Part shown: in pieces, positions 25,001-36,125 of the stretch
How positions within the stretch are numbered: position 1 is the stretch's first letter
Layout of the letters: every line of letters begins with the position of its first letter
NCBI GenBank assembly: GCA_030704615.1
Contig: CM060732.1
Location: 16,058,001 to 16,122,000, forward strand
Length of the DNA stretch: 64,000 nt
Reading direction: 5' to 3'
From: Takakia lepidozioides
Lineage: Eukaryota; Plantae; Bryophyta
Position numbers and translations under genes: made by a program
Notes under the pieces: model-generated
What the model saw: the letters and a program-made list of their open reading frames with translations, nothing else
Database searches by the model: none
Told to the model about the DNA's origin: nothing

Positions 25001-25897
25001 CTTTTGCAACTTCTTCCTTTCCGATGCAGGTGTTTTGGTTCTCATCCAGTCCATCGATGTTCGGTGTCGCCGTGCCCTTGCCAGCTATTTGAAAGCCTCG
25101 AGCATGAGAGTCCTGAAGACATGGAATTGTGTGAACAGCATGTACCTTACGAAGGGGGATCGTCCGGGAGAGATGGTGAGTTTCCCTTCTTCTTCCTCTT
25201 CTTTTTTGTTCTGGGATTGTGTTGTGTAGGTCGCTCAAACTCATATGTAGGGGCCCGATTTTATTTTGGTTCTTAGTTCCTTCTGGATGTCATGTTCGCA
25301 GACTCGTCTGTTTGAAGCTGTTTGTCTCGTCCGGGTGCATCCACCAACGACTCCGGCCGGCATTACGGAGTTTGCCATCACTCACGGGGGCAAGTTCATA
25401 GATGACAGGACAGATCCTCCCACGGATGACATGCATCACAACTACGTCGACAGCAACGTGTGCTTGCGAAGGGGGAATGGGGTTCCTTGGAGAGGGGCGA
25501 GGGAGAGGAGCCCGGCTTTCATTCAAACGATTGTGGAGTGCTGCACCTACACAGACGCCAGAGTTCTGGATTTGTCGATGGGCACAGGTTCGTCCCTTCA
25601 ACATTCACATTTCATGAGGTTTGATTGAGCTTGCACTTTCAGCACTTTCCACCGTTCCGAATGTGTCTTCAATGTCTGCTTACTTCATTCTATTCCACTG
25701 CAGGTGCTTCGTACCACGCTTGCAAGGCCAGTGCGCGACATGTCTTTGGGATTGAAGGGGATGCTGAGATTTACAAGAACCTCCTGATGGGTTTGGGTGG
25801 ACACACTTCTCAGGTCCTTCCGAAGCCCCGTCCCGCTGATACTGGTACAGAGGAGACTTCTGACAAGGAGCTGGACTCCGACTTTGCCTGTGAGTAA
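19019..25897 (+). CDS. ParB/Srx-domain-N4/N6 DNA methyltransferase fusion protein (about 1078 aa, 9 exons)
   Basis: Predicted exons 19019-19330, 22162-22757, 22853-23045, 23158-23598, 23718-23941, 24083-24734, 24837-25175, 25302-25587 and 25704-25897; all GT-AG and phase-compatible. Motifs: MFHVWDGNHRLLAW; ELIILDIPDG; FLSDAGVLVL; ERSPAFIQTIVECCTYTDARVLDLSMGTGASYHACKASARHVFGIEGDAEIY. Exon 1 is the least certain. Confidence 0.85.
19430..21930. repeat. 116-bp tandem array (about 21 units), each unit with an 18-bp-arm hairpin; lies in predicted intron 1
   Basis: GTGTGCGGCAACGCACAC starts at 20165, 20281 and 20397. Hairpin: CAGCTCAGACAGTGTGCG-GCAA-CGCACACTGTTTGAGCTG. Confidence 0.95.
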
Positions 25898-26529
25898 GTT
25901 GAACCTGTGCATGCTTGCATTGTTGTTTCATTATCGAGAATCGCTGTTCTTGAGGCAAAGTGCAAATGGGAGACATCCTCTTCGTTGGACTTGTGCATTG
26001 CATCATTGTGTTAAAAATGGAATTTTGTGGACATGTGTAGGAGTCCGCGTGCTTCCACTTGCCCTCCTGGGCTATCACACCTATTTGGACTTGTTTTCAG
26101 TCCTCCTCGTCTTGTGTGCTACCTGTCTATGCGGAGGCACTCGCAGCAAGCATGTCCGTTCATGGCACTCAGAGTCCACCTTGCGATGGCCTTCGTAGAA
26201 CACGTGGTGTTGGGGCCAGAATCTTTGTAGATGACATAGCACAGGAGGTGGACATTGATTGTGATGACTGCGACACTTGATATGAAGTATTCTTTTGGTT
26301 TAATTCTGGGACAAATTTGAAATGGGATGGTTGTGTGTCCTTATTGTCCTCTTTGCAATGTGTGCATGGAATTCACATTCATGGTTCCAAACTATTGTTG
26401 GAGATGGGGGTTGCATGGACTGCCCGGATTGTTCCTTCAATATATTTGTTGTTTTGTGGACCTCACAGACTTGAGTACATTGCAAAAACAAACAAACCAC
26501 TTTGTTCTCAATTCTCAATTCTCCCCACA

Positions 26530-26683
26530 TCAACCCGCGGAAATAGGTGACCCCACTCGGAAATAGGTGACATCCGCGGAAATAGGCACTGTTTGCATGC
26601 TGACGTGGCGTGAGCCTGTGCTGGGCTCACGCTTTCCTGGGCTCACAGGCTCACGCCTCCAGGCTCACGGAATAGCACCCCCC
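26530..26683. repeat. Right terminus of A: three CGGAAATAGG direct repeats, a GCTCAC(G) cluster and terminal CCCCCC
   Basis: Read directly from the sequence; abuts the TSD. Confidence 0.85.
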
Positions 26684-28588
26684 GATGGCAAGGGCAGGAT
26701 TGCCAGAGCCCAATTTCAGGGGATTCATGGCAAACAACGCTCAGGCCAACTGGGCAGCGGTGCGGCGTGTGTACGGTGAGGACCCCAATGTTCCAATGGA
26801 GGGGAAAGAGAGATCATGTGGATTCCATTGGATGCAGAGTCTATCTCACTACACTACCAAATTTGTTGCTAGCTCATTCCAGGCTGAACACCGTGTCCTT
26901 TGTACGGCGTGGAAGGATGCACCCACATTTGATGACGCGGAGGTTAAGTTTGCTATCATCGAGGCTTGGTGGAACACGTCAGGTGCAGTGGAGACAACCA
27001 ATCTAGGAGCCTTGCACAGCTGGTTGGGGTGGTGGCATTTCCGGTATCGACAGTTCGGACAGTACATGCGGGAGGTATGATGCTGTCATTTTCGTGCAAT
27101 TGTCTTTCTATTACGGACCTTTCCATTGGTTCCTCACCATTGTTTGTGTCCTTATAGGAGCGGTGCTTGGATTCCGATACGGACATGCCGAACACGAATA
27201 TGGCAGAATCAGTGCACTCCTCCTAGCGAGCGTCTTCTGCCGCACATCTGGTGGACGTAGTGACGGCCACAACGGAGGACATCGACAGAGCAATAATGCA
27301 GCAAGCCACGTACCACAAGTTCCTGAGCGGGAAACAATGGGGCTTTGGGCCGGACATGGAGGAATTGTTGGTACGAACAACTTCGAGGTCGAAGAATCCA
27401 CTGAAATGGGCGACATCATTGCGAGAGAAGATCAAAGGGACGCCTCTGCACCGCAGAGGTGAGCACCTAGAGGGGGACGTCCGTACTCGCCTTGTGAGGC
27501 GGAGGATTGAAGAGGAACCCGGGTACGAAGAGGATTCTTGGAGATCCGACAGGAGCATTCGGACAACACCTCGAGGGCCCGTCATGTTGCCACACAATGT
27601 GTCTTCCAGCAGTGGAAGCCCAAGAAATTCCAGATCGCCATCGCCTTCAAGCGGGGATTCCGTGCGAGAAATTCCCACCGCTCGCTTGCCCCAGATTCCG
27701 CCCGCTGTTATGCAGTATGGCCAAGCCATTGTGGAGACGACTGTATCTGCGTCACAGTGGAGAATTGCTCGCACAAAGTCGTCGTTTCGAGGCAGGTGTT
27801 CCGCAATTCGAGTGGATACACGACAACGTTGTTTAGAGATGATAAGGAGGAATCCAGATGGTGCTGTCCCTGCTCCTACTTTTATAGGAAGATTTGTCCA
27901 TGCAAAGTTTGCGGAGGCGACAACCACCCAGTTCTGGTTCTGCAGGCACGACATTATGACTTGCGTGTATGGAAAGCCCAAGTACGGCATACAAACAATG
28001 CCAGAGGCTCCCCCGGTGTGGCCGGTGGAACCAGGCTACGATCTGAGTCAGGTTGAGGCCGACGCCCTTACCGCCGCAGGATTTTGGATGGTGCAGCGCA
28101 CTGACGTCCCCAGACAACCATTTCCGCTTCCACAGCCTCCACCACCGACCCCTATGAGAGCAAGAACAATGGGACCCGACAGCTCTAAGCATCCTACACA
28201 CCATTGGGGGAAACCGAAGAGGCGGCGACCTCCCTCAAAAGTGAACGAGACAAGGATGGGGAATGCACTTCGGATGAACTGTACAATCCAGAGCTCGACA
28301 GAAGTGCCCCCACCAGGCTTCAGGCGTGTGTATCAGATGGCCACGGCAGGCTCAGCTGTTCGCAATGAGGTGTACACCATCACCATTTCAGAATTACCCA
28401 CCTGCAATTGCACCGACTTTCAGATCATGGCGAACAAGGGGGCATCATACTGCCCTTGCAAGCATCTGTACTACGTGTACCTAAAGAGACTCCGGTGTAA
28501 TTCCACAACTCATCACTTCATACATGCACCAGGGTTGAGCCCCAAAGAGGTGCACACTCTTCTGAATATGGATCCAGGGGACCAGTGA
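26684..28588 (+). pseudogene. Element B transposase, 3' part (starts with the right TSD copy)
   Basis: FMANNAQANWAAVRRVYG, ERSCGFHWMQSL, WWHFRYRQFG, an intron at the same position as in A, NMAESVHSS* (stop), and SWIM CNCTDF...CKH. Confidence 0.9.
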
Positions 28589-29154
28589 CCTTGGCTTGCG
28601 GTCCCAACACTATGGTACGCCCATCCTTTTCGGATAGTAGAACTGTACTGCTGCAAGTAGCTCTGACTCTGGCCACAGAAAGGTCCGACTTATGTCTTGC
28701 CTACCAGTAACCTGTTTTGCTCGAACTAAGATAATACTATGTCATTCACTCGTGTTTCCACGTGCATGTATTTTTGTGTGTTGGAGGGTTCCTGTTTTTC
28801 TGCTCTCCCAAACTTTGCTTTCCTCATTCGACCCCCAGCAAGGAAATGCGGCGCCGCATTTCCAAGTAACGTCGTAGGTACTGGTAGATGCGGCATTCAC
28901 CAACACCAAACTGCCCAGAAATTTCGCACGTGCGAACCCTAATGCGGCACCGCATTTCCCAGTTGAGTCGCAAACCTTTCCCGCCGAATACTCAAAGATG
29001 ACATAATTGAGCAGACTCTATTGGTTCAATCGCGGCAAAAGGGTCAGCTTCATTCCAATGTTAAGGCATGTAAAACCGCGGAATACTCTATACAGGCCAG
29101 TATGCGACGTCCTTTTGCCATGGTATACTGGATTTCTCGTTGCACGGTCACTCA

Positions 29155-29545
29155 TTTCCATGAGCGGATCTAAAAAACCATGAGCGGAGTTGTCACTGAC
29201 GACATATCTTCGCCGCATTACAACATCTGGAACTTCCAAAAACGGCAAGGTCAAATTAAAAAAAACTATTATTTTAATACTTGTTTAATCTGCCGCATTT
29301 CCAAATTTGGAGGAGTCCGCTGAGGTTAGCTATTTCATGAGCATGAGCGGCATGAGCGGAGTAGCAAGACAATCGGTTTTCATGAGCAGAAGTACAAATT
29401 TCTAAAATAAAAAATATTATAAAACATTAATTTAATGCAATGTGTCAGAAAAAAAAACAAATATATTATTCGGCACCTTGAAGGGGAAATTGTAGTTTTG
29501 AGAGTTGTGCTCATGATATTTCGTCTTCCGCTCATGCCAATTCCC
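29155..29545. repeat. Probable right subterminal region of B (CATGAGC(GG) motifs in both orientations)
   Basis: About 8 copies; a one-base variant of A's CGTGAGC terminal motif, at the equivalent position downstream of the transposase. Confidence 0.6.
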
Positions 29546-29559
29546 AGCGACATGTGCAA

Positions 29560-29955
29560 AAATGGTGCCGAATTTCGCGGTAATAGGGTCCGTAACCGGA
29601 AAGAATCGCGACGTATTTTGCGGTAATAGGTCTCTCTGCCGAAAAATGGTGCCGAATTCTGCGGCTATAGGTCCCCTCATGACAAGTGTGTAAGCCCAAA
29701 ATTTGGAAATGTGGCGCCGAATTTCGGTACATGGTGCCGGGGATTACACAGATGTTGGGCAGTTCTGGGCCATGTAACTGGAAATTCGGCGCCATTTTTC
29801 CAGACATCGTTCCCGAGCATGTTCGGACTTAGCCAGTTTTCGGCCCAAAATAGGGAAATTCGGCGCCATTTTTCCTGACACAGGGGTACCAATGCATGTT
29901 GGGACTTAGCCAGTTTTCGGCCCAAAAAAGAGAAATTCGGCGCCATTTTTCCAGA
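29560..29955. repeat. C-type motif cluster (AAATTCGGCGCCATTTT and its reverse complement)
   Basis: GGCGCC cores at 29788, 29862 and 29939, with variants upstream. Confidence 0.85.
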
Positions 29956-30109
29956 AATGGCCCCACAACTGCTTCTGTTGGATCTCAGTTTGAATGGAAT
30001 ATTGCCTCATTCCAGGAGTTTTGGGGTGCATTTCATTACACTGCAAAAAAAAGTCTGATACATGAAAATGCAATTGAAAATATCCATATGGAGGATTCCC
30101 TTTGCCCCA

Positions 30110-30681
30110 TCAATGATTTCTGGAATCCCTAAGGAGGAGTTTGTGCAGCTCGTTCACGCTCAACGCCGGTGCATGAATAAAGTCATCAATAGTCACGTTC
30201 ATCCTCAACCTCTTCAGGTAAATGTAATACAGATGCTTGCACGGATAATACTTTGAACCCTTCTTTGCTTCCATCAACGAGAAGTCCGTACAATTGCAAG
30301 TCGGCTCCACTCCAATCGTAATTGTGTATACATCATCGCGTACAGCCGAGCCGGCCGTTGCCATCCGATAAACACGCCCAAGGCCGGGTGGAGGTACGTC
30401 CACAGAGCTCTGAATAGTGCAAGCCATCCCAAGAGCATTGGCAATCCGCGTCTCATTCAACTTGTTGGGAGGGTGTCGTCTCTTCACTCTTCCGAATCGC
30501 ATTGTGGGATGTGCAGAATTGTCCAATCCGTCTCTACTGGATTCGCGGATTGTTTCGTGGAAGGCGCCAGGATAGAAGGTGCATTTGGCGGGCAAATGAA
30601 GTCCCCAACAGCCTTGTATATGACGCTGTCCGATGGTGGAACTCGCCATTCCCTGCCATCGCCGAAATCATCGTGGAGCAC
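30110..30681 (-). pseudogene. Element C transposase remnant: N-terminal piece joined to the SWIM C-terminus
   Basis: EWRVPPSDSVIYKAVG and ETDWT match B's N-terminal region; NETRIANAL...CNCTDF...CKHLYY matches B's C-terminus. The DDE core is absent. Confidence 0.85.
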
Positions 30682-30719
30682 AACAATACTCTCGACAACA
30701 ACGCCGTTTGAGTCCTTCC

Positions 30720-33350
30720 TTTCCTCCTACAAAAAAACCGACCCCGGTTTCGAGCTTTCTGACCAGGATGACATCCTCCCGGACATCCCCAGGCCCCAAA
30801 CCCGCAGCATACAGGCTGGATTTGGCGGTCCTGGTGGGCTGCCGGAGAACCCCTCTGTAGCAGACGTCATGTCGGAGGCGGATATGAAGTTGGCCGCTGC
30901 CAAGATGTTGGAGGCAACCCACAGCAACATTGGCAGGGTGTTGGGGGGCATGGTGTACCCGGCCAAGCTTCGAATTCCCCTTTGCCGCTTGGTGTCTTTG
31001 CAGGTGGTGAGACCTGCCCTCCCAGGCGATATCGACAAGCTGAAATTCTCTGTCCGGGATGGATATCGAATGGGGTCTGCTGCGTTTTACGTTTCCATTG
31101 AGAACGACCACGGAGCTTCCCGTGCCCACACTTCCGATGAGGTGGACAAATGGGGTCCCCATTGGCAAAGGCAAAATGAGGAGTTCGAGAGATCGATTGT
31201 TACTGATCCTCTTTTCCAGCACTTGTCCGGAAAGATGTTTTACGTGTGGGACGGCAATCATCGCCTCCTGGCATGAATGGAGCACATAGCCGAAGCCCAC
31301 CCCAACGACCTCGATTGGCATTTCGCCGTGGAGTGTGTTGTGCTGAAGGTTGCGGGGCCCAAAGATCGCAGTCTTCTCAAAGCTGCAATGGCGGACATCA
31401 ACTCGTAAGTTACAACGCCTCTTGCTTTTGGACCCATCCGATTGTAAGTCATTTCATTGCGAATCCTTATATTTGTTGTAAATTCCCATTTCAAAATTGT
31501 TTGATGGAAATGTGGCATTGCAGGGTGACTGAGAATGCCTTCATTGCCACCAACTTGTCCCATATGCTCTTCCGAGTGAATGATGTCGGGAAGCAGGGGG
31601 TGCAAGAGTTTGCCAATTCGCTCAGTGCCGACCTCCTGCGCAAGTCGGAGGCAAAGGCAGACAGAACCTGGTATAGGCTGAGCATGGACGCCATGGTGGA
31701 CTACATATTTCGGGTAAAGCTCCTGACTGTTTTGTTGAGCTAATCTGTCTCTCCTCCCCCAATAGAAGAAAAAGTGTTGCGCAGGATCTCTAATCTTATG
31801 TGCGCATTCTTGACAGACAAAAATTCAGCAGGATTTGGCACATGCGCGGAGGTTCTACATGGAGTCAGAGGAGAAGAATCTAACCCTCCCGGCACTCGAA
31901 TCGTATCTCAAAGCTGCGGAGGTGAGGGCCCGCATAAAGTACAAGTCGCGGATGGTAAAGTACGTGGCCATAGCTGATCCCGCCCTTGGTGCCGACTTTC
32001 TGGTGGAGGTGGGGAAGCACTACTCCCGCGCTCTGAAGCCCACGATGACATTGGAGAAGCTCCATCATCTAGCCACATCCTGTGTGGATGGTGCAGAAAA
32101 GGTGATACATTCTTAACCAAATTGTGGTGGCAACAACTCGTTTTTGTGGTGTTTGGCGCTTACGAATATGCTAGGTGGTTGGACAGACCCGGTGGCTCCA
32201 AATCTAGAATGGTTCCCAAAGTACAATGGACATGTGGAGCTTCCCCAAACCGGACAAACTGTCTGACCCCACATTCGACATGTGGATGAACCGCATGACA
32301 TGGTGGTTTCGGGTACTTCCCCACGCTTCGTTTGGCGCTTCTACTCTTGTAGGGGGTGGATTCATTGTATTTTTTCAGCAATGCGATCTGATGGAGAATC
32401 TCCACAGGTGACGACGAATGCGCAAGAGCAGCTAGACACACAAGCACATCAGTTCAAGATGGAGATTTCTCCTGCAGCAGAGAGCCTACGCGACTATGTG
32501 ACGAGGTACTTTCTGCTCTACAAAACCGACCTATTTTTTCGGGAGATACCACATGCCCGCCGGAGCCACGAGTTCACCGACCAGCCGAACGCGGACAAAG
32601 CAGCAATGCGCCTTCTGTACAAGTACATACGCGATGCCTTCCTTTCAGTCCTTGCATTTTTCGCCGAATTTCCAGATCAGGGCTCCGAAAATGGCTAAGT
32701 CCCTAGGGTGGCCGGCCCTGAATTGGAAATTCGGCGCCATTTTTCCAGGTCAAGGCCATATGGGACTTAGCCATTTTCGGGCCGGACCTGGGAAAATGGC
32801 GCCGAATTTCCAGTCAGGGCTCCGAAAATGGCTAAGTCCCTAGGGTGGCTGGCCCTAAACTAGAAATTCGGCGCCATTTTTCCAGTTCTGGGCCCTATTG
32901 CCCTTGTGGGACTTGGCCATTTTCGGGCCGGACCTGGGAAAATGGCGCCGAATTTCCAGTCAGGGCTCCAAAAATGGCTAAGTCCCTAGGATGGCTGGCC
33001 CTGAACTGGAAATTCGGCGCCATTTTTCCAGTTATGTTCTGGGACTTAGCCATCTTCGGGCCAAACCGGGAAAAATGGCGCCGAATTTCCAGTTCAGGGC
33101 TCCCAAGATGGCTGTCCCTAGGGTGGCAGTCACCGAAAAACAAAATTCGGCGCCATTTTTCCATTTCTAGGCCCACTCAAATCCGCCCCAACCTGGGAAA
33201 ATGGTGCCGAATTTGCAGTTCAGGGACCTCATTGTGTTTTTCATGAATGCAGGTACTGCAAGTTCTCCCTTTTGGAGAAAGGTCATTTGTCTTTCGAGCC
33301 ACCATTCTTCCTGCGCAAGACCAGGATAAATGAACCGCTGGATATTGGTT
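30720..33350 (+). pseudogene. Element C ParB-domain gene (B-like), truncated before the MTase domain
   Basis: LRIPLCRLVSLQVVRPAL...MFYVWDGNHRLLA* (TGG>TGA). Exons are colinear with B's; the last visible exon, YCKFSLLEKGHLSFEPPFF, starts near 33253. Confidence 0.85.
32655..33225. repeat. C-type motif array in alternating orientation, inside an intron
   Basis: GGCGCC cores at 32733, 32798, 32870, 32944, 33016, 33077 and 33149, between the ...RLLYK exon and the YCKF exon. Confidence 0.9.
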
Positions 33351-35865
33351 GATCAAGGGTAGCGATCCCCACTTCCCAAACGGATGAATGACATGGATGA
33401 GAAGCAACATTCATGAAGACTTAAAATGGCTCATGTATCAATGTAAGTTGGTCATGTACCAAACTTAAGTTGGTCATGTCCCAAGATGGAAGATGGATGA
33501 AAATTATGGAAGGATGAAGGTTACAGATGGATGGAATCAGCGGATGGAACCATGGATGGATGGATTACGGGCTGGATTTCTGGACGGATGACAATACCAA
33601 TGGATGGAGGAAAAACACGTGGTTCGATCTGGTCCGTTCAGGTGGAGGGAGCAGATATGAAGGATTAAAATAAAAAGATTATATATTATATTAATGGACA
33701 CTCTAGGAAAAATTAATTAAAAACTTTAACTAGGTGTCGGTGCTTAAATGGACCAGTGGTGATTTATTATTTTTTTGAGAAAGGGATGGATGATAGTCGT
33801 CAAAACAAGTGACGGATGGAGGGCAACGGGCTGCTATAAATTAGCCGGCGAAAGGGAGAACATGGACAATCTAGTTCTTATTTCTCTCGCTCCCTCTCTT
33901 CCTCTTCGCTCTCTCCCTCTTCACTCTTTTTTTTCATTTTAGTGTATGCTAGATGTTGTAGTGAAGAATAAAGGTGTATAGCGAACTGTTTTGGATCAAA
34001 TATTACAGCCACAAGTCGTTGGGATCAAGGTGCCGTATTAGTTGAAGTGAGTAGTGTGGTACACCGAGACATGCATGATTGAATTAAAGAAGCTTCTTAT
34101 TGTCTAGATTCCCTTTGAGCTGTTCGTGTACATACCCTCTCTACAATCTGATCGGTCGTCCGTACTATAAGAACTCATATCAGTTCCGTGAGCAGAATTC
34201 ATCAAACCTGCACCACCAGCGACATCAACTCGAGACTAGTGTTCGGGTGAGCACCGTGTGGGAAACTCTACCTCGAGTAGTTAATTATTTTGTATAAGAC
34301 TACCCTCTATACCTACCTGGAGTTCTATAGAGACAAACTCGAGTCTGAACTTCAGATATCCTAGACCATCCTAAATTTACACCGAGCTAGGGGAAACGAC
34401 CTTGGAAATCTAGCACTCCGAAGCTACAGCCGAATCGTTTGAAGAAGTGTCTCGTCTTGGTTGTTTGTTTTCTTTTTATTCTTTCTTCCCTGTTCTGTTC
34501 TCTTCTGTCCTTTCCAGGTAACGAGCCTTGGGTACTTGCGGTTGGGTCATCAGAATACCGCCCTATCGATTTTCAACTGGGAAGTCATACCAGGATGTGA
34601 CTTAGTTTGTTTTCTTTGTTGGCCCAGCACATTAAGTATTATTGATTAAATTATTAACTTCAAGCTGAGACCTTAATTAGTGTTTGGATGATCTAGAAGA
34701 GGTGCTTATTGAAGCCCATAGAAGGAAGAATGTTAGTAGGAATCTGATTCAAATTTAAGGAAAACAAGTGGTGAGTACAGAATTAGGAATTTTTGAACAG
34801 GGTTAATTCTTGACTGCAAAATAGTTTTGTTATTATTATGAGCAGCCACGATTTGACTTAAAACCTTTTTATGGACCTTGATTCACAAACTAATTCCAAA
34901 ATCTTGTTGAGTAAAGCTTAGGTCAAAGCCTCTGTTTTACAGCAAGTGAATTGAAGAATGTAGTAGGGACTTATGAATTTTTGAAAACAGGGAATTCTAA
35001 CTACCAGGCCATGTTAAAGAGTGAGATTTGACTATTGTGTTTAAATAACTAAAAGAAACCCTCTTATAACAACATCTCTAGGTTAGTTTGATGGTTAGTC
35101 TGGTAGTTTAAACTTTTGGGGTTTGGGGTTCAACTCCTGCCGGCCATAACTTATTTAGTTTTGCTCATCTGTTCAGAACCTTTGTAATAGCCCTATAAGT
35201 ACTTAGATAGACAAATTGGCTTTGAATATAGCTTGAGGGACTTATCGGTTAGAAAATTCGCTTGCACAATCGAGGTTCGGGTTTCAATTCCCAATAGCCG
35301 ACATATTGCTTTCCTATAGTTGGTTTTGATTCTCTTCTTTTATTTTGGTTATATTAATATTGTTTGTTGGGCTAATCTTTTCCTCAGAATGATCTAATTA
35401 ATTATATATTCTTGACTCACCTAAATTAATAGGTACTAGTAAAAACTAAATAAATCAGTATCTCTATCTTTTGAACATATATATATATAAAGTTATTCAA
35501 AAAATAAAATAAAAAATAAAGTTGGTTAATTGAAAAAAAAAAATTTGTTGTTTACTAAATAATTAATATTTACACTAGAATATCTCTCTTCTAAAATAAC
35601 CATAACCCTTTATACCGAGGATAATTATACATTCGCATTACTTATTTCTGGACTATTGTTTTCGTAAATACGTCAATGAGTTAAAACTAACTGTTGGTTA
35701 CAAATTACAAACACAAACACTTATAACATAGAAAAATTATAATCCACACTAGCAGCACCCTTGGGGCTAGGCGGCGCCTTCGGGACCTAACCTGGCTCTG
35801 TCTAACACAAACCCTAAATTAAGTATGCAACTGTTAATGGGGTGCATTAATGTTTGACATATTTT

Positions 35866-35884
35866 TGGTGCGTCTGCCGGGAGT
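35866..35884 (+). promoter_or_regulatory. Primer-binding site complementary to the 3' end of tRNA-Gly(TCC)
   Basis: TGGTGCGTCTGCCGGGAGT is the reverse complement of the plant tRNA-Gly 3' end ...ACTCCCGGCAGACGCACCA (tRNA sequence from memory). Confidence 0.8.
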
Positions 35885-36125
35885 TGGACTAGCTGCTTTG
35901 AATTCTTTAAAATCTTGCTTGTAGTTTTGGTGATAATAGCTTTACGGAATATTCTCAACGATTGAAAATGGTTGTGTAGAAAAAACAATGGTAACAACGA
36001 TCGGATGTGTCATTTGAGAGAATAGTACAAATGACATTACCACACCATCTCCTCGTGTCAATTAGGGGATGGGAGCCGTGATAGTGCAGGCGACGCTAAC
36101 ATAATAAACCAACTAGCAAAGATGA

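Larger units (their letters stand above)
14086..26683 (-). mobile_element. Element A: apparently intact 12,598-bp MULE-like transposon carrying a transposase and a ParB-MTase gene
   Basis: Flanked by a 9-bp TSD. Removing it restores B's reading frame HLWEGINEQMA|RAGLPEPNFRGFM. CGTGAGC motifs cluster at both ends. Confidence 0.93.
4500..29550. mobile_element. Element B: large MULE-like transposon, interrupted by element A; left end lost
   Basis: Contains a ParB-MTase gene (-), palindrome arrays, a split transposase (+) and a CATGAGCGG motif cluster at the right end. Both outer boundaries are approximate and no TSD was found. Confidence 0.75.
29555..33350. mobile_element. Element C: internally deleted relic of the same family
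   Basis: Transposase remnant (-) head-to-head with a ParB gene (+), plus its own motif GAAATTCGGCGCCATTTT; termini not found. Confidence 0.75.

Noticed and set aside
22162-25897. Bacterial or phage contamination
   Set aside because: The gene has phase-compatible spliceosomal introns shared among paralogs and lies inside a TSD-flanked element.
35085-35300. Functional tRNA genes
   Set aside because: Only box-like patches; no complete cloverleaf could be folded.
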